DNA of 21,421 bases from Candidatus Nanohaloarchaea archaeon (GTDB lineage: Archaea; Nanohalarchaeota; Nanosalinia; Nanosalinales; Nanosalinaceae), in assembly GCA_042217695.1 (NCBI GenBank), contig JBDGSE010000038.1:1-21421 (forward strand), given 5' to 3'. Below are positions 8,450-16,210 of the stretch, piece after piece (position 1 is the first letter of the stretch; every line of letters starts with the position of its first letter). A model generated the notes under the pieces. That model ran no database searches. It was not told where the DNA came from and worked only from the letters and a program-made list of their open reading frames with translations. A program made the translations under genes and the position numbers.

Positions 8450-10306
8450 ATGGAGACGTGGCGTTACCTCGAGGAAAATGGCGCTGTCCTGGCGGTTACG
8501 TTGCTGGCCGCTGCACTCAGGTTTTTCCGGCTCGGCCACAGTCCGTTCTGGCAGGACGAGGCGCTTTACGTCATGGCTTCTGCCAGTATCTCCGGTATCG
8601 CTCCGTCTCTCGGAAATATGTACGTACTGGGTCATCCTCCCCTGTTCTTCCATCTGCTGGAGGCGGTACATCTTCTGGGCAGCTCTGAGTTTCTGATGCG
8701 GCTGCCTGTGGCGGTGTTCGGCGTACTGACCGTCCCGGCTGTTTTCCTTGTCGGGGAGAGGCTGTACGATAAACGTACCGGTTTACTGGCCGCGGTTTTC
8801 CTGGCTCTGTCGTCCAGCCACCTTTTCTATTCCCGGGTGGTGCACCCGGCAGCGGCCGCTGTGTTCTTCTCGGTTCTCTCGGTTTTCCTTCTGCTGGAGT
8901 ACCTCGAGCATGAGACCCTTGGGCGGCTTGCCGCGGCTTTAACGGCGGGGGGACTGGCGTTATCCATGCATTTCGTGGCTTACTTCCTCCTGCTTCTGTG
9001 GCCTTACCTGCTTTACCGGGAGGAACTGGACGTACTGGAGTCGACGGGTTACGGGCTGACAGGGATATACGCTGTTTCGTTGCTCGTGGTTCACATCAAC
9101 GCGGTAAAGGTACTTGATTTTTCGGAGGGCAGGGTCTCCGAGCGTTTCTTCCGTTCTGTTTCCTACGGCTCCCTGAGAGAGATCCTTGCCGGGGCCCTGT
9201 CACTTGCGGCTTCTATGCTGGCAGTTCTCGCCGGCGTGGACTGGCTGAACGTTTTCCAGGGAGTTCTTCGCAATATCAACACTTACTGGGGTCAGGCATA
9301 CCTTTTCCTTCCACTGGTGCTGGCAGCTCTCCCGGCGATCTCCCGGGAAGAGGAGGACCTGGTGCTGTATGCCTGGGCTGGCTCCGCGATAACGGTTATC
9401 GCTGTTCTTTCAGGTTTCATGCGGTACTACGGCTACGGCCCGGTAAGGCTCTATCCGTTTCTTTTGCCGGCGGTTCTGCTGCTGGCGGCACGCGGACTGA
9501 TGATCCTGGACTCGACGGTCCTGAGGCGGCTGCTGCTGGCGGCGATGTTAATGGTCTCCGTGGTGCACCTGCCGCAGGTCTACGGTATGGATGACCGGGT
9601 TAGTTTCAGCGGTGCTTGGTATACGGTCGATGACTCCGGGACTCGCTGGATGTTCGGAGCCGGGGCTGTGTCCTCGCCCGGGATGTCGTCCCTGGCCTTC
9701 GAGGCGAGAAGTTACCCCGGGCCGAGAGATCTGACGGTCCTCTCTGGATCGAACAGGACGCTCCATCTGAATGAGTCCTGGCAACGCTACCGGCTGGAAG
9801 ACCTGGAGGATGGAGAGGTGCTGCTGGAACCTTCCGGGGGATGCGTGATCCCTGCGAGGACAGGAAACTCAACCGATAAGAGATGCCTGTCCGTCGGGAT
9901 CCGGGATGTCCGGGTGACGCCGGGTACAGGGCTCTGTGATCTACTTCCATGCCTGGAGAGGAACCCGCTGGGAGTCTCACTGGAGAAGGACTGGAGGGCA
10001 GGAGTCCGGGAGGCCGCGGAGAGTGCGGCCAGAAGCGAGGAGTTCTACGTATCCTATCCCGCGGTCTTCCTGTATTACTCGAGTATCGATCCGTCGCGGG
10101 TGAAGAGCCTCCGGTGGAATATAGGTCATTACCACACCAATCTTTCCGGTGTACTTGGAGAAGAAGGTCTGTGGATTGTTACGGATGAGCCCCGTTTCCG
10201 GGAACAGCTATATGCCAGAGAGCGGAGCTATGTCCATGAGAACTGTGGTTTCCGGGAGGTAGAAGGTGTGTGGCTGTTCCACTGTCCTGCGGAGAAGAGT
10301 AAATAG
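8450..10306 (+). CDS. ArnT/PMT_2-like GT-C membrane glycosyltransferase with C-terminal soluble domain (~618 aa)
   Basis: LRFFRLG..FWQDEALY, HPPLFF, RLPVAVFG and YSR motifs plus multiple TM helices. ATG at 8450 lies about 25 nt after TGTAAATA. Confidence 0.85.
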   Translation: METWRYLEENGAVLAVTLLAAALRFFRLGHSPFWQDEALYVMASASISGIAPSLGNMYVLGHPPLFFHLLEAVHLLGSSEFLMRLPVAVFGVLTVPAVFLVGERLYDKRTGLLAAVFLALSSSHLFYSRVVHPAAAAVFFSVLSVFLLLEYLEHETLGRLAAALTAGGLALSMHFVAYFLLLLWPYLLYREELDVLESTGYGLTGIYAVSLLVVHINAVKVLDFSEGRVSERFFRSVSYGSLREILAGALSLAASMLAVLAGVDWLNVFQGVLRNINTYWGQAYLFLPLVLAALPAISREEEDLVLYAWAGSAITVIAVLSGFMRYYGYGPVRLYPFLLPAVLLLAARGLMILDSTVLRRLLLAAMLMVSVVHLPQVYGMDDRVSFSGAWYTVDDSGTRWMFGAGAVSSPGMSSLAFEARSYPGPRDLTVLSGSNRTLHLNESWQRYRLEDLEDGEVLLEPSGGCVIPARTGNSTDKRCLSVGIRDVRVTPGTGLCDLLPCLERNPLGVSLEKDWRAGVREAAESAARSEEFYVSYPAVFLYYSSIDPSRVKSLRWNIGHYHTNLSGVLGEEGLWIVTDEPRFREQLYARERSYVHENCGFREVEGVWLFHCPAEKSK

Positions 10307-10319
10307 AAAAAGGCAGGGC

Positions 10320-10946
10320 CTAACGCGCGCCCTCGGCCTCTCTTTCTCTCCGTTCCTTCTCTCTTACTGCTCTTATATCGCTGTTGCCGTTCGCCGCCTG
10401 CATAAGTTCGTTGGCGATGACCTCTGCTGCGGAGTCGGAGGATGCAAGCAGTTTTTCGTAGGCGCCCTGCGCCAGAAGCCTCAGAGCCAGGTCGGTCCTC
10501 CTCTGTGGTGAGACGAGGACTGCTTTCCTTGCCCTGACGCCTCCTCTCTGGTATGTTACCACTTCCTCGATCGGGGAGGAGTTCTCTATCGCGTCGACCA
10601 GGATCTGGACCGGGTTTTCGCCGGTCTCATCTTCGATTATCTCGAACGCGTCCTCCAGTATGGTCCAGAGCTTCTCCGAGTCGCCGGTGTTCTGCCCGGA
10701 GGTTATCTTGTGTTTTTTTCCACGGTGTCCTGCGACGTAGAGGTGGTTGAGTAGCCTCTCCACTACCGGCACATCGGCTTTGTAAAACTGTTTGTCGCTG
10801 TGTCGCCCCTTGGATCTCGGAGCCAGGATGTTCTCCAGGTTGAGGTAGCGGACGAGTCCCTCGTCGTCTACCTCTGCCTCGGAGGCGTCCCATCTGTTGA
10901 AAGTCTTCAGTTCGTCCTCCAGGTCGAGTTTCGCTGCTTCAGTCAT
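10320..10946 (-). CDS. rps7: 30S ribosomal protein S7 (uS7)
   Basis: VPVVERLLN, ENPVQILVDAIENS and VSPQRRTDLALR motifs; insertion GHRGKKHKITSG. Confidence 0.98.
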   Translation of the reverse strand: MTEAAKLDLEDELKTFNRWDASEAEVDDEGLVRYLNLENILAPRSKGRHSDKQFYKADVPVVERLLNHLYVAGHRGKKHKITSGQNTGDSEKLWTILEDAFEIIEDETGENPVQILVDAIENSSPIEEVVTYQRGGVRARKAVLVSPQRRTDLALRLLAQGAYEKLLASSDSAAEVIANELMQAANGNSDIRAVREKERREREAEGAR

Positions 10947-11050
10947 CTTACCGCCTCGCGGTTGGATGATCCGAAGACTCTATGAGTCTTCTTGGTATTG
11001 GAAAACCCGTAGTTTTCGTACGCCAGAAAATCTTTGATTTTCGCTGTCAT
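10943..11050 (-). CDS. Putative 35-aa spacer mini-ORF MTAKIKDFLAYENYGFSNTKKTHRVFGSSNREAVR
   Basis: ATG 4 nt after the rps12 stop, with SD GGTGA; its stop overlaps the rps7 ATG (ATGA). Translation not proven. Confidence 0.4.
   Translation of the reverse strand: MTAKIKDFLAYENYGFSNTKKTHRVFGSSNREAVR
10973..11042 (-). repeat. Three tandem GAA..TTC palindromes/hairpins
   Basis: GAAAATC-AAA-GATTTTC (11026-11042), GAAAAC-TACGG-GTTTTC (11001-11017), GAAGACTC-ATA-GAGTCTTC (10973-10991). Confidence 0.85.
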
Positions 11051-11054
11051 TTTA

Positions 11055-11477
11055 TCACCGGGTTGGTTTCTGTTTGTTGCCTGCGACGAGTTCTTCCAGC
11101 GAGACCCCGTTGACCTTGATAACCTTGTATCGGACTGTCGGGATGTCTCCCTTCGGGCCGGAGTCTGCGCCTCCGATCCCCTCGATCATCACCTCGTCGT
11201 GTTCGTCGATGTGGTCTATCGCCCCGTCGCCGGGTACGAAAGCTGTAAGCTGTTTGCCGTTTTTGAGGAGCTGTACGCGCACACATTTGCGGAGGGCGGA
11301 GTTCGGCTGTTTTGCCTCGATTATACGTTTTTCGAGTACGATTCCCCGTCCCTGTGGTGATCCCTCCAGGGGGTCTGCTTTCTCACGGAGATTCAGCATC
11401 CTCCGCTTGTAATCCTTGTCGCTCCAGCGGTACTGCTGTCTTTTCTTCCGCATTTTACGTGCGCTGTAGAGTCCCAT
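11055..11477 (-). CDS. rps12: 30S ribosomal protein S12 (uS12)
   Basis: [15 protein letters not shown] and [10 protein letters not shown] motifs; ATG at 11477; TATAAAAA at 11504-11511. Confidence 0.98.
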   Translation of the reverse strand: MGLYSARKMRKKRQQYRWSDKDYKRRMLNLREKADPLEGSPQGRGIVLEKRIIEAKQPNSALRKCVRVQLLKNGKQLTAFVPGDGAIDHIDEHDEVMIEGIGGADSGPKGDIPTVRYKVIKVNGVSLEELVAGNKQKPTR

Positions 11478-11565
11478 TTGTAACACAGAAATCGATGTTA
11501 AACTTTTTATACTGGGTGGTGGGGTCAGGTAGTGTTCCCCGGCCTGTTTTCTGGGTTTTCCCGGG

Positions 11566-13140
11566 CTAGTGGTGAAGTTCGTAGTAGATTACTGCGGCGG
11601 CCATCTCCAGGAGAGCCACCAGCAGGGCGAGGTCTGGGGTGAGTGACTGCAGCAGCAGGATGGAGGAGGCTATGATCAGTGCGGCAACCACTGTGAGTTG
11701 CGGGCTATCCGTGTTCTCGTTCACCACCTTCACCTGCTGTTCCTTCTGGTCTGCGAGCTGGTTGAGTTTGCTGGGCAGTTCCTCTATCAGGTCGGCGTTT
11801 TCCATCATGTCGACCGCGAAGTCCTCGAACATGTTTTCGGGGCTGTACTCCTCTATCAGAATCCTTTTCACCGTCGGCTTGAGTTCATCGGTGATCTGGA
11901 AGTCGGGGTAGAGCCGGAGACCGATACCCTCCATCGTTACGAGGCTTTTCCCCATTATCACGAAGGAGGTGGGCATGTAGACACCTTTCTCTGTCGCGGT
12001 TACCGTGATGTCGAGTAGCTGTCGGGTTATGCTGTGCTCCTCTAAAGTGGTGTTGCGTATCAGCAGTATCTTCTCCTCTATCTCCTCTTTGAGTCCGTCC
12101 AGGTCGGCATCTTCCTGGACCGTGCCGATGTGTTTTACATCCTCCAGGGCGGAATCCGCGTCCTCCTGTATCGCATGTATAAGCAGGAGACCGAGGTATT
12201 TCCGCTTGTTCTTTGTCAGTTTTCCCACCATCCCGAAGTCCAGGTGTACAAGGTTCCCCTCCTCATCCACGAGGAAGTTGGAGGGATGGGGGTCGGCGTG
12301 GAAGAAGCCGTCCCTGACTATCTGCTTGAGGCCTGCCCGGATCGCGGTCCTGGCGAGTTCGTGCTTGTCGATGTCCATTTCCTTGAGGGCCTCCTGGTCG
12401 TTGCTCTTTACCCCCTCGACGTACTCCATGGTCAGGACTTTTCTGGTGGTGAGGTCCATGTGGATCTCGGGGATCTTTATCTTTTCCTCGTCCTCCAGGT
12501 TCTCGCGGAGTACGTCGGCGTTTCGCCCCTCTCGTTCGAGGTTCATCTCTTCCTGTGTCCAGGAGCCGAACTTTTCGACTACTTTCTCTATCCTCACATC
12601 TTTCAGTTTCTCCACGTGTTTCTCTCCCCTGCGGGCAAGGAAGCGAAGGATATCCAGGTCTTTCTCTATCTGTTCCTTTATGCCCGGTCTCCGTACTTTT
12701 ATCGCGACCCTGTCGCCGTTTTCAAGCCTCCCCTCGTGGACCTGGGCTATGGATGCCGCGGCCACAGGTTCGTCCTTTATCTCCGCGAATCTCTCCAGAC
12801 CGATCTCTTCGTCGATTATCTGTTTTGCCCTGTCCGGCGGGAACGCCGGTACCTCGTCCTCCAGTTTCTCCAGTTCCTCGGTGTATTCCTCCGGCAGGAG
12901 GTCTGGGCGCTGTGCCAGTATCTGGCCGAACTTGATGAAGGTGGGGCCCAGCTCTTCGAACACTTCCCTGACTCTCTCCGGGGCAGGCCTGTCCTTCGAG
13001 ACCCTGAACTTTTTCAGGCCGGGGAGCCGGTGCGAGAGGTTGAGTCTGTGGGCGATTATCCCCATCTCTGCCTCCGCGAGCGTCCTCATTATCTCGTCGA
13101 AGCGTTTCACGTCCCCGATCTCCTTTTCTATGACGCCCAT
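11566..13140 (-). CDS. ABC1/UbiB/AarF-family atypical kinase/ATPase with C-terminal TM helices
   Basis: [10 protein letters not shown] (KxGQ), [28 protein letters not shown] and DFGMVG motifs. Confidence 0.95.
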   Translation of the reverse strand: MGVIEKEIGDVKRFDEIMRTLAEAEMGIIAHRLNLSHRLPGLKKFRVSKDRPAPERVREVFEELGPTFIKFGQILAQRPDLLPEEYTEELEKLEDEVPAFPPDRAKQIIDEEIGLERFAEIKDEPVAAASIAQVHEGRLENGDRVAIKVRRPGIKEQIEKDLDILRFLARRGEKHVEKLKDVRIEKVVEKFGSWTQEEMNLEREGRNADVLRENLEDEEKIKIPEIHMDLTTRKVLTMEYVEGVKSNDQEALKEMDIDKHELARTAIRAGLKQIVRDGFFHADPHPSNFLVDEEGNLVHLDFGMVGKLTKNKRKYLGLLLIHAIQEDADSALEDVKHIGTVQEDADLDGLKEEIEEKILLIRNTTLEEHSITRQLLDITVTATEKGVYMPTSFVIMGKSLVTMEGIGLRLYPDFQITDELKPTVKRILIEEYSPENMFEDFAVDMMENADLIEELPSKLNQLADQKEQQVKVVNENTDSPQLTVVAALIIASSILLLQSLTPDLALLVALLEMAAAVIYYELHH

Positions 13141-13181
13141 GTAGTGAACTTGTCTGCGTATGTAGAAAAAAGAATGTGTTA

Positions 13182-13463
13182 TCAGATCAAAATTCGCAGC
13201 ACAACGAGCAACAGGAAGAAGGGTATCACCAGGTACATGATGTACTTGAAGTATCCGCGGCCCGCGTCAGTGTCGACTGGTTCCTGTTCCTTGGGTTCGA
13301 ATTCTCCCTGGGGGTCGCCTTCCGGCATTATACCGGTGTAGCCGCAGTTGTTGCAGAGCCACTTGTTCTGGTTGAACATCATCTCTCCGAGGACGTTGGT
13401 GTGGCGCGTGTCTGGCTCCACGTTCTGGGAGCCACAGTTGGGGCAGAACCTCTCCGGGGTCAT
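13182..13463 (-). CDS. Zn-ribbon protein with C-terminal membrane anchor (93 aa)
   Basis: CPNCGS...CNNCGY and a hydrophobic tail; ATG at 13463, 8 nt after the upstream stop. Confidence 0.8.
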   Translation of the reverse strand: MTPERFCPNCGSQNVEPDTRHTNVLGEMMFNQNKWLCNNCGYTGIMPEGDPQGEFEPKEQEPVDTDAGRGYFKYIMYLVIPFFLLLVVLRILI

Positions 13464-13471
13464 GCAAGATC

Positions 13472-14563
13472 TTAGTCGTTGAATCTTTTGAACGCAAGTT
13501 TCTCCGATCCGAGGAAGTTCCACAGGAAGCCTCCGAAGATGGCCGCGATGTTTGCGCCAGCCTCCCAGAGCCCGAGCAGACCTATCAGGATGAAGAGCAA
13601 GGTTTCGTAGACTGCGAAACCCCCGAGGCTGACAGCGTTGAAACGGAGATACCGGTTCAGCAGACGGTCCTCTGGCCTGTCAAAGGTCACAAGCCAGTTC
13701 CAGAGAAAGTTCCACTGGACCGCCCCGGCGAACGCCAGGAAACCTCTCAGCAGGTAGTGGAGGCCCAGGGCCGAGGTTCCAAGGAATATCGCCGAGTTTA
13801 TCGCCACTCCGGAGGCGCCCACGCCCGCGAACTCCAGGAACCTTACCGTGCGCCGGGTGTCGAGTTTCCTGTCCAGGCCGTGGTGTTTCATCCTGCATTC
13901 CAGGCCGTGTTCAAGGAACTTCACGTATTCGTGTATATCGAGTTTGCTCTCACCGCTCTCACGGTCGGAGAAGTGGTAACCGACCTCCGGCACGTTTTCC
14001 GGGTCGACCGTGGTGAGGACGTCGAGCAGTATCTTGTAGCCGTGAGGCGACAGCCGTTCCAGGTCCAGCGCGTCTTTTTTAACGGCGAAGAAACCGCTGA
14101 CCGGGTCCGAGGATCTCCGGGCCTCCGGTATCAGTATCTTTCCGATGGTTATCGCGCCCCGGGAAACTGTTTTCCGGAACCGGGACCAGCCCTCTATGTC
14201 GCCGCCTTCCCGGTAACGGGTTCCGACCACTACGGGGGAATCATCTGAAAGTCTGTCAAGGAATTCGGGTATCTTCTCCGGGGGATGCTGTAGATCCGCG
14301 TCCATCACCATGACGGTGTCGCCTTCGGCCTCCTCGAAACCGCGTACCACACTTTTCGACAGGCCCGGCTCCTCAGTTCTCTGTACTACACGGATATTTC
14401 TCTCGGTGCGGGAGGCGAGGTCTCTGGCGAGTTCCGCGGTCCCGTCCGGGCTGTCATCGTCCACTATAATAAGTTCGTAGTCCTCGACAGAGGAGTGAAC
14501 CCTGTCCGTCAGCTCGTCGATGTTTTCTCTCTCGTTGTACGTGGGGACGATTATGGATAGGAT
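13472..14563 (-). CDS. DPM1-like dolichol-phosphate glycosyltransferase (GT2) fused to a GtrA flippase-like domain (363 aa; apparent ATC start)
   Basis: LSIIVPTYNERENI, VDDDSPDGT, MDADLQHPPE and GESKL motifs, then a 4-TM GtrA region (FAGVGASGVAIN, WNFLWN..TF). Confidence 0.9.
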   Translation of the reverse strand: MLSIIVPTYNERENIDELTDRVHSSVEDYELIIVDDDSPDGTAELARDLASRTERNIRVVQRTEEPGLSKSVVRGFEEAEGDTVMVMDADLQHPPEKIPEFLDRLSDDSPVVVGTRYREGGDIEGWSRFRKTVSRGAITIGKILIPEARRSSDPVSGFFAVKKDALDLERLSPHGYKILLDVLTTVDPENVPEVGYHFSDRESGESKLDIHEYVKFLEHGLECRMKHHGLDRKLDTRRTVRFLEFAGVGASGVAINSAIFLGTSALGLHYLLRGFLAFAGAVQWNFLWNWLVTFDRPEDRLLNRYLRFNAVSLGGFAVYETLLFILIGLLGLWEAGANIAAIFGGFLWNFLGSEKLAFKRFND

Positions 14564-14607
14564 TGTTACACCACGGGAAGAATTTTGCCGGGGGATACTT
14601 ATGGGTG

Positions 14608-15027
14608 TTACGCGACGGATACTTCGTCGACGTTGTGGGTACGCTTCAGGATCTCCCGGATGGAGTCGATCTTCTTGCCGTTCTTTCCAACGACTCTGCC
14701 TTTGTTCTCCCTCGGGACATCTATCTCCACGGTCTTCTCGTCGTTGTCCTTGACGTCCACTCCTCTGAGGTTGGTGGGCACAAGGTTGTTGATGAACTTG
14801 CCGAGGTTGTCGCTGTACTCGTAGATCTTCACGTCTTTTCCGAGACGGTCCTGTACCTTGTTGACGACTTTGCCGCCTTTACCTATAGCCATACCTGCCT
14901 TGCCTTCGGGGACGATGAAGTAGGCTTCGTCTTCCTTGATAATCGCGTCCCGTACCTCTACATCTGTTATCGATTCGAACAGATTGATTGCACGAATCAT
15001 ATCCGTGTCATAAGTTGCTGTAGCCAT
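14608..15027 (-). CDS. nusA: Archaeal NusA (KH domains)
   Basis: AIGKGG and VVGKNG KH loops; position after rpoA''. Confidence 0.96.
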   Translation of the reverse strand: MATATYDTDMIRAINLFESITDVEVRDAIIKEDEAYFIVPEGKAGMAIGKGGKVVNKVQDRLGKDVKIYEYSDNLGKFINNLVPTNLRGVDVKDNDEKTVEIDVPRENKGRVVGKNGKKIDSIREILKRTHNVDEVSVA

Positions 15028-15076
15028 GATATCATTCCTTAGAACGTTGCTCTGTGTTTATGGTATAGACCTAGGC

Positions 15077-15084
15077 TTTATAAA
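15077..15084 (-). promoter_or_regulatory. Internal TATA box (TTTATAAA) upstream of nusA
   Basis: Perfect TATA in the 69-bp rpoA''-nusA gap. Confidence 0.55.
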
Positions 15085-15096
15085 GGAACTGGTGTA

Positions 15097-16203
15097 TCAC
15101 TCTTCATCCCCGTACTTCGGGCTCAGCTCCACCTGTCCTGTACCGACCGGTACCGGCTGGCCCACGATGATGTTCTCCACGACGCCCTCCAGCGAGTCCT
15201 CCTCGCCCTGCAGCGTCCCCTCTCTCAGGTGTTTCTTTGTCTCCTCGAAGACGGATCGGGCAAGCAGAGATTCCTTGTCGCCTACAAGCCCGTACCGGGT
15301 GGTTCCCTGGAGTTCGCCCTTTCTCGTCATCATGTCTGCGAGCAGCATGATGTGGCGGTCGTCCACACCGATCCCCTGTGCGGAGAGTGTCTCGTTTGTC
15401 TCCTCGATTATCCGGCGCCTGAGGGCTTCCACGCCCAGCACCCGCAGGACCTCGAACAGGTCGTTGCTTATGGTTCTCGTGTCGTCTACCTCCTCGAGTT
15501 TCAGTGTTTTTCTCAGGGCGGTGCCGGCGGTCTGGAGTCTCCATTCGCCGTCCTGTTCGTTGATCACCACCTGTTCGATCCCTTTCAGGCCCTTGATACG
15601 GGCCTCTTCAGTATCGTTTTTGAGGTCTTTCAGGTCGCGCAGGTCGTAGTCATCCTCGGTGGATTCCAGTACCAGTGTGTCGTCGTCGAAGGTTATCTTC
15701 GCCTTCTTCACCGAATCCTTTATCCTGGAGCGTATGTCCTCGCTATCCACGTCATAATCATCCATAAGGTCCTGGTTCAGTTCGTATTCGACCTTCAGCT
15801 CCATGATGTCGATGGTGTCCTGTGTTATCAGATCTTCGAAGACCACTTCCCGGAGTTTCCGCGCAACCTTCTTCGCGTCCTCCTTCGAGTTGTAATCCTC
15901 CTCCAGGTAGACATCCATCGCAGGAGTCTTTGGTTCTCTTCTCGCGTCAACGATCTCTATCAGTCGTGGAAGTCCCGCGGTCAGTGACACCTGGGCGCCT
16001 CCTGCCTGGTGGTATGTTTCCATAGTTAACTGTGTCGCGGGCTCTGAGAGGGACTGTGCAGCCACTATCCCGATGGATTCACCGGGTTCGTACTGCATCT
16101 CCCTGTAGCGTTCCTTCAGTTTTTCTCTTTCGTTCGTTGTGAGATCCATCCCGTCGTACTTGGGAGGGAGTTCGTCTGATCTTTCCTTCCAGTTGATGCT
16201 CAT
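15097..16203 (-). CDS. rpoA2: RNA polymerase subunit A'' (Rpo1C)
   Basis: GIVAAQSLSEPATQ, GLPRLIEI, RHIMLLADMMT and ENIIVGQPVPVGTG motifs; SD GAGGTGA. Confidence 0.98.
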   Translation of the reverse strand: MSINWKERSDELPPKYDGMDLTTNEREKLKERYREMQYEPGESIGIVAAQSLSEPATQLTMETYHQAGGAQVSLTAGLPRLIEIVDARREPKTPAMDVYLEEDYNSKEDAKKVARKLREVVFEDLITQDTIDIMELKVEYELNQDLMDDYDVDSEDIRSRIKDSVKKAKITFDDDTLVLESTEDDYDLRDLKDLKNDTEEARIKGLKGIEQVVINEQDGEWRLQTAGTALRKTLKLEEVDDTRTISNDLFEVLRVLGVEALRRRIIEETNETLSAQGIGVDDRHIMLLADMMTRKGELQGTTRYGLVGDKESLLARSVFEETKKHLREGTLQGEEDSLEGVVENIIVGQPVPVGTGQVELSPKYGDEE

Positions 16204-16210
16204 CGTTAAA

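Noticed and set aside
12005..13341. Long plus-strand ORFs (379 and 403 aa) and similar antisense ORFs over EF-1a, EF-2 and rpo genes
   Set aside because: Shadow frames of GC-rich, codon-biased conserved genes with no recognisable motifs
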